The position numbers and the translations under genes are program-made. Under the pieces are notes generated by a model that worked only from the letters and a program-made list of their open reading frames with translations, was not told the DNA's origin and made no database searches. A stretch of DNA of 64,000 nt from Octopus vulgaris (Eukaryota), in assembly GCA_951406725.2 (NCBI GenBank), contig OX597834.1, positions 40,114,001 to 40,178,000 on the forward strand. Direction: 5' to 3'. Positions 41,339 through 55,055 of the stretch are shown one piece after another. Every line of letters starts with the position of its first letter. Within the stretch, counting starts at the first letter, position 1.

Positions 41339-42403
41339 ATAAAGTAATGCTTATCATCACTTAAACATGGCTGAATATCTTATCTTTAAATAAACTACAA
41401 GAATGACAGATCTCATGAGCAGAGACATACATTTATTATATCCTGTGATAACTGACTGAGAGCAATTTTGGGATAATTGAACTAAATACTTTTGGATGAT
41501 TTGAAACTGAACATGGACCATTTCAGTTTGAAATTGTGAAATTTTACTTGTTAAAAACACTTATGTTCTTGCTAACAGTTGTAGGACAAAAATTTATTTT
41601 CAGAACTACCCTAAATATTCACACACAAGCACATAAGGAGCAGGGGAAAAAAGGTGGCATAAATAGAACTTGGATAAAATATGGTGTGGTTTTGAAGTTG
41701 GAAAATTTTGAACTGTTGCTCAGAATTTCAACTAATTCTTTTCAGCTTCAAAATATGTGTATGTGTGTGTGTGGGTGTGTGTATAAGAATGTGTGTGTGT
41801 GTGTGTGTGTGTGTGAGTGAACTGCAATGAGACAAAAAAAAATGATGATGATGCTGTTACATAATTTTGACAAGAATGGTTGAAGGCAAACTATTTCATT
41901 GATTAAATAAGAAATTAATTAGTTAATTACTGTATAGATTTACCTAAATTCATACACAGAAGCCAATGTATAGCAATGAAATGATTCCTCAAGCTATTTG
42001 TAATGATCGTCTCCTATGCAATACTAAAGAATACTACTTATTAATTAGCTATGCATAGGTCACTTTTACTAAATTAAAAGCAATTAATGAAGTCTACACT
42101 ATCAAGAAAATTTATCAATTCCAATTTTAATATATTTTTATCAAAATATGCTTTTCTACTTTCTTGTATTATTAAAGATTTCAATTACATGCTTCAATCA
42201 GAAATTTTTATTCTCTTTCTCTCTTTTACTTGTTTCAGTCATTTGACTGCAGCCATGCTGGAGCACCGCCTTTTAGTCGAGCAAATCGACCCCGGGACTT
42301 ATTCTTTGTAAGCCCAGTACTTATTCTATCGGTCTCTTTTGCCGAACCGCTAAGTGTTTTAAAACTTAATGTTTGTATCCATTTTCTTCTACTGATTCCC
42401 TGC

Positions 42404-42446
<43 letters not shown>

Positions 42447-43511
42447 CATCTTTTCTTTGCTTACAGCCTTTATTTCTATTTGCCTTTATTTTTTTTTTTC
42501 ATCTTTGTAACTTTTTCTCTATCATTTTTATCCTCATCTTATTTTCTTTCAAGGTCTTTGACACTTCAGACTTTGTCCCTCCTTTTTCTCACAACATTCA
42601 TTTGTCACCCTTCCCCTGTTATTTCATTTCATAATTTTCGTCTTTCCCCAGCACACTGTTACTCTCATTCTCTTTCCTTGCAGCACACACACACACACAC
42701 ACACACTTTCTCTCTCTCTCTCTTGCATGCTTTCCACAAAAACAAAAAAAATTGATTACATAGTTTTTCTTTGAGATACTTCAGGAATATTTGAGAAAAC
42801 GTTTACTCTTATATACAAGGGCAGGCATGGCAGTGTGGCAAAGAAGTTTGCTTCCCAACCTCATGGTCCCGGGTTCAATCTCACAGAGTGGAACCTTGGG
42901 CAAGAGTCTTCTAATATAGCCTCAGGCCAACTAAAGCCTTGTGAATGAATTTGCTTAACAACCAGTATAGGTGTATTTATGTCCCTGTAACTTAGCTGTT
43001 TGGTTGCTGGCAGAAACTCCACCCTCCAGGTGTTTCTGTCAGGCTTGCCTGTATGAAACTGCTGTGGAGTACATAACTGCGAATATATATCGAAATCAAA
43101 ATCAAAGTGAAATTCGATGACAAGCATGAGCACCATACGAGCGTGATTGTTGACAGAGCGGCTAACCAGCTTCGGTGCCAGTGGCACATAAAAGGCACCA
43201 TTCGAGTGTGATCGTTACCAGCGTTGCCTTACTGGCACTTGTGCCCCATGCTAGTAGCACCATCCAAGTGCAATCGTTGCCAGAGTGGCTAACTGCCTTC
43301 CGTACCGGTGGCATGTAAGAAGCACCATTTGAGCAGGATCATTACCAGCATTGCCTTACTGGCACCTGTGCCATTGGCATGTGTTAAAAGATTCACATGA
43401 GGTCGTTGCCAGTACCGCCTGACTGGCCCCCGTGCCAGTGGTACGTAAAAGCACCCACTACACTCTCGGAGTGGTTGGCATTAGGAAGGGCATCCAGCTG
43501 TAGAAACTCTG

Positions 43512-43629
43512 CCAGATCAAGACTGGAGCCTGTTGCAGCCATCTGGTTCGCCAGCCCTTTCCATGGGTTGGGCGGTTTGACTGAGTGCTGGCGAACCAGA
43601 TGGCTGCACCAGGCTCCAATCTTGATCTG

Positions 43630-43630
<1 letters not shown>
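43512..43630. repeat. 44-bp inverted repeat (2 mismatches, 31-nt loop) at the end of a family E element
   Basis: Arms 43512-43555 and 43587-43630; abuts (TA)n. Confidence 0.95.
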
Positions 43631-43686
<56 letters not shown>

Positions 43687-44237
43687 TATATATAGGAGTA
43701 AAGGTAAGGACAAGTAAGTTAGGTGAGTCAGTACACAAAAGTCAATATACAAACATGGCATACCCTACAAACATACCCTAGCAGAAACAACAGCTGGAGG
43801 GTGGAGTTTGTCAGCAATAAAATTACGCAAGAACATTATCTTCGATTTTGAGTTTGATTGCTATTATAATCCATGATGAAAGTGCCGACCAATTGATTAG
43901 TGAATCTCCTTGGATTTACACTTTGTATGGAATGCCCTGTAGATTTCACCTCTATGGATTCATATCCTCTTCACTTGACATTTTCTTAACCAAATATTCA
44001 TACATGAAATGCTGACTGAGGAATTTGCCTAGATTCCTTGAATCTCTACATTCTATCACTCTCGCTTGTTCACTCATCCACCCATTCACTCATTCATATA
44101 TATATCATCATCATTTAACATTGGCCTTTAACGATGATGATTATAAATAATACATACAAATATATATATATATATATGAATGAATGAACAAGAGTGATAG
44201 ATAGTAGAGATTGAAGAAATCTCTATATATATATCTA

Positions 44238-44305
<68 letters not shown>

Positions 44306-44462
44306 GGCATTATTAACAAGAATGGAGAATTATACATCTTTAAAACTAATTTATTACAGAATTATTGACATTAAATTGATATTTGATTTCAGTCCAACAC
44401 GTGTTTCTGCTACATAAGTGTCCTAATGCCCTTTGATTCAGCATTTCCATATTCATTTACAT

Positions 44463-44511
<49 letters not shown>

Positions 44512-45394
44512 GTATATATATACTCACACACACACACACACCTGTATATATGTATATATATCTATGTGTGTGTGTGTATACTTTAAGTTCGTTCACAGGA
44601 AATGCTTTGAATATGTAAAAATCCACTCATAAGGCATTGGTTGGCCTGAGGCTATAGTATAATGGTTTTGCTATGGAATCGTGAAACTATTTTTTGTTTT
44701 CTGAAGAAGCAATGTTTTAGACTTACAACACTTTTGCATAATAGCAACAACATATATATGGCCGTGTGGTAAGAAACCTGCTTCCCAACTACCCGGTTCT
44801 GTGTTCAATCCCACAGTACAGCACCTTGGGCAAACCAAAGCCTTATGAGTGGATTTGGGAGACGGAAACTGAAAGAAGACCATCATATATATTATATATA
44901 TCAAGATTAATCAGCCGAAATTGCGAAGATGATCCAGTTCTTGACTGATGATTGAAGGCTTCGAATGTCCTGTCCGTGATTTTTTGTGTCGTCTTCTAAA
45001 TGTTTCACGTTCTTGTCCCAGTTTGTATATTTTTTTACTTTTACATATATATATATATATGTATGTGTATATATGTATATATGTATATATATATACATAT
45101 ATATATATATAAGTTCAGTAAAATTTAGATTCAGTTGAATATGGTACTTAAGTTAAAGGCACCAGAAATTAGTATGGTATTATCCATATAATTCAAAATG
45201 GGGTAATATTTGCATTGTTCAATTAAATGGAGTCACATGAAACGATCGTACTGCATTACCTTTGGATATCCTTGTTGCTTATTTTGATTATATATATATA
45301 GCCCCGGGCTGACCAAAGCCTTGTGAGTGGATTTGGTAGATGGAAACTGAAAGAAGCACATCGTATATATGTATGTATATATATACATGTGTGC

Positions 45395-45469
<75 letters not shown>

Positions 45470-46058
45470 TGTGTCTGTGTTTGTCGCCCCAACATCGCTT
45501 GACAACCGATACTGGTGTGTTTACATCCCCGTAACTTAGCAGTTTGGCAAAAGAGACCGATAGAATAAGTCCTCGGCTTACAAAGAATAAGTCCCGGGGT
45601 CGATTTGCTCAACTAAAGGCGGTGCTCCAGCATGGCCGCAGTCAAATGACTGAAACAAGTAAAAGTGTGAACGAGTGGAACGAAGACAATGACGATGGCT
45701 GTCTTACCCTCACGTACAAAAGCTTGTTGTTGCTACTGTTGTTGATGTCATCTACTGGCATATAATTTAGGTCCATCAAGTAGTTTGTTTACTAACTACT
45801 TCTAAATGTCGATACTTTCTCCACTCGTCCTCTCTCCCCCTCCATCCCTTCCATTGTCCTCTCCGGAATATTAATATTTCACACACACACACACACACAA
45901 CAAAAAGACTGATTATTCTGTAGCAAATGAAATTATGATATTGAAATGTCACCCACTTGGTTCTTGCAGAAATGTTTACTAGTGAGGTGAAAGTAATTTT
46001 CACAACACGGTTTCCACATAAACAAGATGGCCCAGTCATAGCCAGAGAGCCCTTATAA

Positions 46059-46443
46059 TCTCTCTCTATATAAAGCTGAAGTTGTCTGTGTATGGCAGGT
46101 TTGGTAGCCTTCAACTAACACTATCTCCTCCGAGACCCTGCGGTGCAAGTTGACCAAAATTGAGAGTATGATAGAAGAAGGATTGCTCTTCTTTCCGTAG
46201 AAGAAAAAATTCAAATCGAACCATGTTAACACCAAAAATTATTTGGATCAAAAAGGTGCTTTTTTTTCTATGAAAATCCCGATTTTTTACGATTTTTTAA
46301 CCGCTGTATCGCCATTTTTTTGGTGTATTTCAACCAGAAAAATGTTCACTTAAAGAGCTACATAATGCAACATTTTTACTTTTCAAAAATTCCAATTTTA
46401 AAGGGTCGAAACAAACCCAGGCAACGCCGGGCGATACTGCTAG
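46059..46443 (+). mobile_element. Non-autonomous Helitron, full length (~385 bp)
   Basis: Inserted at A|TC...CTAG|T with no TSD; 5' TCTCTCTCTATATAAAGC; subterminal GC hairpin CCCAGGC-AAC-GCCGGG about 8 nt before CTAG. These are canonical Helitron termini. Confidence 0.88.
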
Positions 46444-46851
46444 TCATAAATACAATCAATCAGGATTGAACTGAATGACAAAGGAGGACACATTAGATAA
46501 TGTATTCCAAGGTATACCATCCACTTTTCTATGCTTGCATTGTTTTCCTTCTTTGGCTTCCTCTCTAAACACTGAACCATCAAGGTTAACTCAGGCATCA
46601 CATGCATGCATGTATAAATGTAATATACCCATGTATGTGTGTAGATAAGTAAAAGACCCCTTTCAGTCATGAAAGACCCTTTTCAGTCATTTTTACCCAA
46701 ATGCTGACTTTTTGTTTCTTTTATAAAGACATATATAAATATTTATAATACTTAAACATATCAAAGGGAAATGGAAAATTAAGTATAATTTTCACCTCCA
46801 GTGGCCTAAATTGTAAAAATTTTAGTCCCAAAAGACTATGAATTAGTCATA

Positions 46852-47091
46852 ATATATAGTGTACATTCAAACACATAAGGAATCCATTCATGGAATTCAA
46901 CATGCTAGAAAGAACAGCTAGGTTCTATAACCACAAAAATTAGGGATAAATTTCAACAGGAACAAAATGAAAAATAAAAACATTTTACCATCAAGTTTCC
47001 TAATATTTGTGGTTATAGAACTTAGCTGTTCTTTCTAGCGTGTTGAATTCCACGAGTGGATTCCTTATGTGTTTGAATGTCCACTATATAT
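46852..47091. repeat. 93-bp inverted repeat (6 mismatches, 54-nt loop)
   Basis: Arms 46852-46944 and 46999-47091 compared base by base. Confidence 0.95.
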
Positions 47092-47694
47092 CATAAATAT
47101 TTATAAATATATAAAGAGTAAAAACCTCCTTCGGTCATGAATGACCATGGGATTGCACCTAGAAAGTTCCCTTTTGAGGCACAAGTCCAGGCAAGGTTGT
47201 TTTATGGAAGATCAGCAGTCCCCCATGCATACCAGATTCCCCTCTCCAAGGGAAAGGGAAAGGGGCCGATACAGCTTGGTACCAGTGATGTCGCAATACA
47301 TTTCTACAGCTGAGGGAACTGGAGCAACGGGAAATAAAGTGTCTTGCTCAAGAACACAACATACAGCCTGGTCTGGGATTCGAACTCACTACCTCGAGAT
47401 TGTGAACATGACGCTCTAACCACCGATCCATGCACCTTCACTGGAGATAAGCACATGTATGTATAAATACAGTTTGCTATATTTCTGAAGATGAAGGCAT
47501 ATACATAGAACGTCTGCACCAGACTGAGGTATTGCCAACAGTCTATTCCTACACACAGGTAAATGATATATCGTCAGGAATAAACACACCTGAGCAGCTG
47601 AGGAAACAGTTTGCAACTGAGATTCCAGGAAAATAAATGGAAATATTCGCTGAATGAGAAAGATTAGTTTAAAAGATGTTGAGGATGTTTCAGC

Positions 47695-48000
47695 CACATG
47701 TGATACATGTGTAGAAGGATAAGGAGAGGGAGAGAGAGAGAAGCTACACATGTCTAATACATATATAAAGGGAATATGAGAGAGTGACTATCACATGTAG
47801 TATGTGTTTAAAAGGAGTATAAGAGGGTAAGTGCCACATGTAATACATATTTAGAGAGAGTATAAAAGAGTAAATACCACACGTCTACTACATGTTTAAA
47901 AGGAATATAAGATAGGGTAAGTACCACATGCGTGATACATGTTTGGAGGGAGTATGAGGGAGAGTAACTATCACATCTACTACATGTGTGGATGGAGTAG
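47695..48000. repeat. Old degenerate ~44-bp tandem repeat (~6-7 units)
   Basis: Recurring CCACATGT.ATACATGTTT..A.GGAGTAT.AGAGGGTAA.TA. Confidence 0.75.
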
Positions 48001-48112
48001 AAAACTCCACTCCATAGGTCAGACTTTAGTCTGACCTATGCAAGCATGGGAAAGTGAACATTAAACAATGGTGATATGGGACGACCTAGATGAGATGATA
48101 TGTATAAATATA

Positions 48113-48143
<31 letters not shown>

Positions 48144-48460
48144 TTCTTTTATTTTTGCCTAAGGTGCCATGTAGTGGGACTGAACTAGGAACCATGTGGT
48201 TGGTAAGCAAGCTACACCTATATATATATATGTGTGTGTGTGTGTATGTATGTTGGCCAGCTTGCACAGCCAGCTGGGTGCCGTCATTTGAAGGCTAAAA
48301 CAATGCGAAGTGCATCGTCACCAGCGGTGTAGCAACATCAATTAAATAATGAACTGAATTTATATATATTGATAGATATGGTAAGACAACAAAAGAATGA
48401 AAGAGACCTCGATATTATGTAAAATAGAGGAATTTATCTGTAAATGTAATATGTGATAAT

Positions 48461-48548
48461 TTTTCGATAGCCATGATAAAACTCTGAGTTTCGGATGTCG
48501 GGGCAGAAACCCACTCCGGCATCTCTTCCATTATCCGGCCATCGAAAA
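48461..48548 (-). ncRNA. Type I hammerhead ribozyme-like fold (degenerate core) in a short Penelope-like element (~48370-48575)
   Basis: Minus strand TTTTCGATGGCCG-GATAA [TGGAAGA] GATGCCGG-a-GTGG-gttt-CTGC-c-CCGACATC-c [GAAA] CT-cag-AG [TT] TTATC-a-TGGCTATCGAAAA. Stems I, II and III all pair; the core differs from CUGANGA at two positions. Confidence 0.65.
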
Positions 48549-48651
48549 GCCATTCAATGATTCCATCTGACTCATGCAAGCACAGAAAAGAGGACATTAC
48601 AAAGAACAGGATGATGATGATGACGACGAAAAAGATGGTGTTTACTTGTGC

Positions 48652-48718
<67 letters not shown>

Positions 48719-49734
48719 GGAGAGAAGTGTAGAGAGGATTAACTAGAAAGATAAAGGAATCAGCTTTAAGATATTTGATAAATACTTGCTTTGATATATT
48801 GATATATTTTAGAGTAAGAAACCCGTCAATTGTTTGCTGACCTCTCAACCAAGTAACGGTGGATGGTGTGTGATATCTATGCTGTCCCCTGCCCTGACCC
48901 CTCTCCTTTCTCTCCTTTCTCTTCTTTCTCCAATACATTAGCAACACAACAGAAGGAAAATTAGCAACCACCAAGAATTAAAGCTAATTTGCAGATTCAA
49001 TAAAGCAAAGGAAGCACAGTGCTTATTATATCGAGCCGGATGGACCAGCTCGATATATAGATGGATTGGGGGAATGGGTAGGTTGATAAACGGATAGGGA
49101 GATGGATGGATGGGTGGAGGGAGGGAGGCAGAGAGTGAGTTTATAAAGATTGTCAAGATAAATAATTGAGTAAACATCATCATTTTAGCATCCCTCTTTT
49201 CATGGTAGCCTGGTTCGGGACACATGGTGTGATGCGCTGGGTAAGAAGTGATATATCAACAGATAGCTGTGTGTGTGTGTGTGTATGAATCTAAAATGTC
49301 ATATACTTTATACATGTGAGTGTATGAATCTCATATATACATATATACATATGTAATCAATATTTAATACATTTATATATACATACACATATATATCATC
49401 AAGTAACATCTATCAGCCATGCTGGAATTGCATATGCGTGTATGTGTGTGTATTTAAAATTGGAGTATTAAATCATTACCAATGTCTCTGGTAGGAATGT
49501 TTAACAGACATGGGGTGTGTACATGTGTGTGTGTGTGTGTAATATATACATACATACATACATACATACATACATACATACATACATACACACATTGCAT
49601 TGATGGGTAAATATTCTTTATTTGTGGGTTACCAAGGCAACTAACAGTTTCATGTGAGATCTTCACTTGAACAATTGTGTAGACTACTTGATATGAAACC
49701 ATTGGTTGCTTTGTTAACCCACAGAGCATATATA

Positions 49735-49832
49735 CAAGATGTGCTAAAAAGTTCTTGGCTTTGAGTAAAAGAAAATGCAAGAAGATCAGTTAATTATGAT
49801 TTTATTCAACATATTCCCCTCTCAGGTCACAC
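49735..49832. mobile_element. mariner-derived MITE end
   Basis: TIR-like TACAAGATGTGCTAAAAAGTTCTTGGCTT; the minus strand ends RGEYVE* like a mariner transposase C-terminus. Same family as 51475-51986. Confidence 0.7.
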
Positions 49833-50476
49833 AATTATTATATATATATAATTTCAATATGGAGCAAATAATTCACAAAAAAAAAATAATTCATGAAAAA
49901 ATAATTTGCACAGATACCACTGACTTATATTATTTAGTGTAACAATTTAAAAATGGTAATAACAGAATCAATAATATAGATGATTGCAGGCCCCAAAAAA
50001 AGCATTAAATAGCTGGCAATTTAAATAAGAGTTTTGACTGTTATTTCCAGCAGGTAGACATACTTAATATGTCCTTTAATTAATTTTATATATATATAGG
50101 ACAGGTGTAGCAGTATTTTACACTTGCTTATACAACACAAATGTACTGAATGGCAGTGTGTAGAGTAACATGTTATGTATGTATAACTTAACTGCTATAC
50201 CCTTTTCCTATATGGGAATGAGGTGTATAGCGGTGGAGCATACAGTACTTATTATGTATGTATAATGCAGCCTGTCAAGACTATTTTATGCTATACAAAG
50301 TTTTGAACAATACAAGAGATGTTTAAGAATTGTTGCAGAAACAATCAAATTTACCAATTTTTTTTTTTACTGAAAGCTTCAATTAAATCAGAATTCTCTT
50401 ATAGAACAATGGCATCGATAAATCTTATAATTATATACACGCATGCACATTGTGTATATATGTGTGTGTGTATATT

Positions 50477-50532
<56 letters not shown>

Positions 50533-50984
50533 TACACACACACAGACATATACACACATGTATAATAGGACACATACAAATAATATGCAAATACCCGTAT
50601 TTAGTGACATCTATACAAGCACATACATGCATACACACACACTACATATACATCTATACATTATATATACACACATACACACACATTACGTATACATCTA
50701 TACATTATATACATGGACATACACACACATTACATATACATCTATACATTATATATACACACATACACATCTATACATTATATATATATACACACATTCA
50801 CATACATACACATCTATACATATATATATACACACACACACACACATACACATCTATACATATATATATATATACACACACACACATACACATCTATACA
50901 TATATATATATATACACACACACATACATACACATCTATACATATATACATATATATATACACACACACACACACATACACATC

Positions 50985-51026
<42 letters not shown>

Positions 51027-51474
51027 TACACATCTATACATATATATATACACACACACATACATACCCATCTATACATATATATATATATACACACACA
51101 CATACATACACATCTATACATTATATATATATATACACCCTCCACACACACACACACGTATAATACAAACACATAATAATAATACTATAGAGATACACAC
51201 ATTCAATTGTATCTATATATACATGCACTCACACGGGTATACACTGAATTCTAAATATTTAATTGGTAGCAAATAGAATGAATTGCTCGTAAAGAGTCCA
51301 TTTATCATTATTTGTATTTTTTAATTGTTTTAGATGTACTTTATGACATACACAGACATTAACATACAAAAATACAACTATATATTAATAAAACACACAC
51401 ACATACACACACCAAATTAAGACACCTACAAACATACACATGTGTGTGTGTAGAGAGAGAGAGAGAAAGAGAGA

Positions 51475-51986
51475 GAGAGGGGTGTGCTGAAAAGTTCCTA
51501 GTTTTAAGAGTATAGTGAAAGGCCTGATTGGAGGTGCAACCTTCTTTTACAGGGCTTAGAACAAATGAAGGACCGCACCAATAAATGTAGGAATCTGAGA
51601 AGGGGTGTCTTGCAAACAACTTGCACATGCAAGTGCTACCAGTCAAAAGCTCCGTATACCGGAAGCCGGCAAGTGTATGGGGTCATCAGGAGAGAATGCG
51701 CGCCGTTTCGGGGCCTACCTCTCGACGGCATCAATGCGCACCGGCCGCCACCTCACTGATATGAGGCCCCGCTTGCTAGATCAGCTGGTTAAGAAGTTAA
51801 ACTCAATATCCTTCTAGCCATCGCTCATTGTCTCTTTTTAACCAAATCCAGTGGCTAGCCTTCTCCACTGTAGATTGGATATCAGTCATGGTGGTATTGA
51901 CTTTACGATGAGTTAGGCCTAGCAATAACTGTTCTTCCTGTATTTTCTTTTACCCAAAGCAAAGAATTTTTCAGCATCCTCTCATA
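51475..51986 (+). mobile_element. mariner-derived internally deleted element interrupted by a ~310-bp foreign insert (~51607-51915)
   Basis: TIRs GAGAGGGGTGTGCTGAAAAGTTCCTAG / AAAGAATTTTTCAGCATCCTCTCATA; residual C-terminal peptide LQGLEQMKDRTNKCRNLRRG. Confidence 0.75.
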
Positions 51987-52603
51987 TACGAGCCAGTGTA
52001 AGAGCTTCCACCTTGGTATTAGTCTTGCTTGAAATAACAGTCAATCCGCCCTCAAATCATAACCTATCATCATAAAAGGAGTGAGAGAGAGAAAGAGAGA
52101 GACATACTAGAGGATGAAGTCCTAGAAATGTAATGGAATAATGATGGGAAGGTCATGGCTGGTATGACTCTACACACTCTCTTCCAGGGCCGAAACATTG
52201 CTGATTGGTAGAGTTATGTCAAACAACTATGGTCACATGTAAGATGGGTCCAGCTATCAACTGAGTCCATTGTAAAGATTACCAAAACAGTCAGGGCTGG
52301 ATAAAGACCCCTACAGACCCTAAGCGCTTAAAAGATTTTGGTGCCCCCATAGATATGTAATTCAAAATACAAACAAAGATAAACCATAAAATAAATTTCT
52401 ATTTTTCCTCCTCTTATTATTATTATTAGTTTTAGCAAACTAGACAAAATGCTTAGCGGTATTTCACTCATTGCTACGTTCCGAGTTCAAATTCCACCAA
52501 GGCTGACTTTGCCTTCCATTCTTTTGAGGTCGATAAATTAAGTACCAGTGAAATACTGGGGTCAATGTAATCAAATTTCAGGCATTATGCCTTTAGCAAA
52601 AAG

Positions 52604-52644
<41 letters not shown>

Positions 52645-52834
52645 GGATGACTACATCTACATCATCCCTCCCACCCTCCTTTTTTCCCCCTTTTCTTAAC
52701 CTTTGAATATTATTCTTTTACTCTTTTACTAGTTTCAGTCATTTGACTGTGGCCATGCTGGAGCACTGCCTTTAGTCAAACAAATCGACCCCAGAACTTA
52801 TTATTATTATTTTTATTATTATCATTATTATTAT

Positions 52835-53378
52835 TGAGCGAGAGAGCAGTGCTTGCCATCAAAGTGACACTGGGGTAAAATATACGAAGCCCAATGTACC
52901 CATCATGACTACCCGTCTGATAAGGGTACACCAGGCACATGCATCACAACCATATGTGTGCGACATGGTGATCTCATATCAAGATAAACTGCACATGACC
53001 TTGCAGGTAGGGCCCAGTTAGAATTTTCTTCTGGTCGAGTAACCCATCCTGCTTAAAGGTCCTTGAATAAGGGTTGTTTAAGGATGTTGAACAAAACACC
53101 CATGTTTCCAGAGGTGAATTATTCAAACCCCAAAGAATCCCTCTCAACACATGGCTATGATGCTCCCCCACTACTTCTGCTCGTGATCAGAGATGCACAT
53201 CTCGTCAGCCACAAAGGGTCATGCTCAACTGGTTAAGGTCAAGCAACTGACTAACAAATCTGTGGTATTGAGCAGAAAACTTGCTGTAGTAACAAGACAA
53301 AACAATGTAATGATAACACTTCCAATCAGTTAAGATAAGAAGCTACGAGTCACTGCCTAGTATTGCATCAGGGCCTTT
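52835..53378. mobile_element. Family F interspersed repeat, full copy
   Basis: Colinear with 3680-4250; flanked by (TTA)n. Confidence 0.85.
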
Positions 53379-53535
53379 ATTATTATTATTATTATTATTA
53401 TCATTCTTATTCTATGTTTGACTTTTGCTTTATGTCTGTACAAGTTGGCTCCAAGTCTCACCCAGAGACCTCAAGAGACAACAGGTTGGAAGTTCACGTT
53501 GTTGTTATGCCTAGTTATTATCATTATTATTATTA

Positions 53536-53575
<40 letters not shown>

Positions 53576-55055
53576 CATTATTATTATTATTATCATCATC
53601 ATTACTATTATTATTATCATTATTATTATTATTATTTGTTGTTGTTGTTGTTATTATTATTGCTGTTGTTTTAAACTTTAAAACCTTTCACCCAATGTGT
53701 CTGTCTAAAGACTGGATATAAAGATAAATGCTTTTCACAAAATCTGGCAAAAATATAAAAATACAAGAAAAAAAGAAAAAGCTAAAAAGACCTTCTGTCC
53801 ACCACCACCACCACCACCCCTGCCCCCACACTTCACTTCCTTCCCTTCTATCCTCCTATCTTTCGTCCTACAAAACACATCCATTAGGCTTCTTTCTTTC
53901 TTTCTGAAAACAAACAAACAAACACACACAAAAGGAAAAAAAAAAACCTATCGTTTGTTTTGTAGTAATAATTAAGAAATTAGTTATTTATTGATTGGAA
54001 TAAGTTATGTTAACTAATTAGCAACAAATTATTTACTTGGGGCAGAGTGATGGTGGTGGGAGTGGAAGAAGAGAGGAGGAGGAGGAGGAGTAGAAAGGAG
54101 GGAGGGGTGACAGAAATCAGCATAAAGCATGCATGAGTGGTTTCAACCACACTTGAGTACTTTGTATATATAATTAAATCACTTCACATAACTTACAGGG
54201 TGTATATGTGTGTATGCGCATATATGTGTGTCTGTGTATACACACACAGACACACAGAAAGTTAAATGGGATAGTTATGCGCATAAATCAAGACAAAAGT
54301 CTGTTTTGTTTTGCAAAAGAAAAAAAACAAGAGTTCTTTTGAAAAACTCTTGTGTCTAATCAAGCGTGAAGTCGACAATTACCAGACAAAACAAAAGAAT
54401 AAAAACAAATTATCTTAACAAAGTGTGAATGCAATCATGCATGCCTAAACATATATGGGTTTCAAATTTTGGCACAAGGCCAGTAATTTCAGGGGCGGAG
54501 GGTAAGTTAATTATATCAATGCTACCAGCACTTGTCTGGTACTTTAGTTTATCGCTGCCCACCTCACCTGCCCCCACAAACAGATAAAAGGCAAAGTCGA
54601 CCTGGGTAGGATTTGAACTCCACTCTTATTTCTTTATTGCCCACAAGGGGCTAAACATAGAGGGGACAAACAATGACAGATAAAGGGATTAAGTCAATTA
54701 CATCGACCCCAGTGTGTAACTGGTACTTTATTTATCGATCCCGAAAGGATGAAAGGCAGAGATGACCTCGGCAGAATTTGAACTCAGAACATAACGGCAG
54801 ACGAAATACCACTAAGCATTTCGCCCACCTTTGCTAACATCTCTGCCAGCTTGTCGCCTTTTTGAACTCCACTCTGCTGAGTGGTTGGTGTTAGGAAGGG
54901 CATCCAGCTGTAAAAATCATGCTAAGAGGGTCACAGAAGTCTGGTGCAGGCTTCGGCTTGTGAAACCATCCCAACCATGCTAGCATGGGAAGAGGATGTT
55001 AAACGATGATGATGGGTGTAAAGAGATAGAAGAGATTCGCTAATTACTTTACAGG

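Noticed and set aside
44945-44969. Exact CTGATGA in a TA-flanked short element
   Set aside because: Followed by a marginal stem and GAAT rather than GAAA, and no convincing stem I or III. Possibly a further decayed Penelope end but unsupported.
50319-51276. Longest ORFs (285, 237 and 187 aa) and all other YI/HT/CV/poly-I/poly-N ORFs
   Set aside because: Translations of di- and trinucleotide microsatellites that simply lack stop codons.
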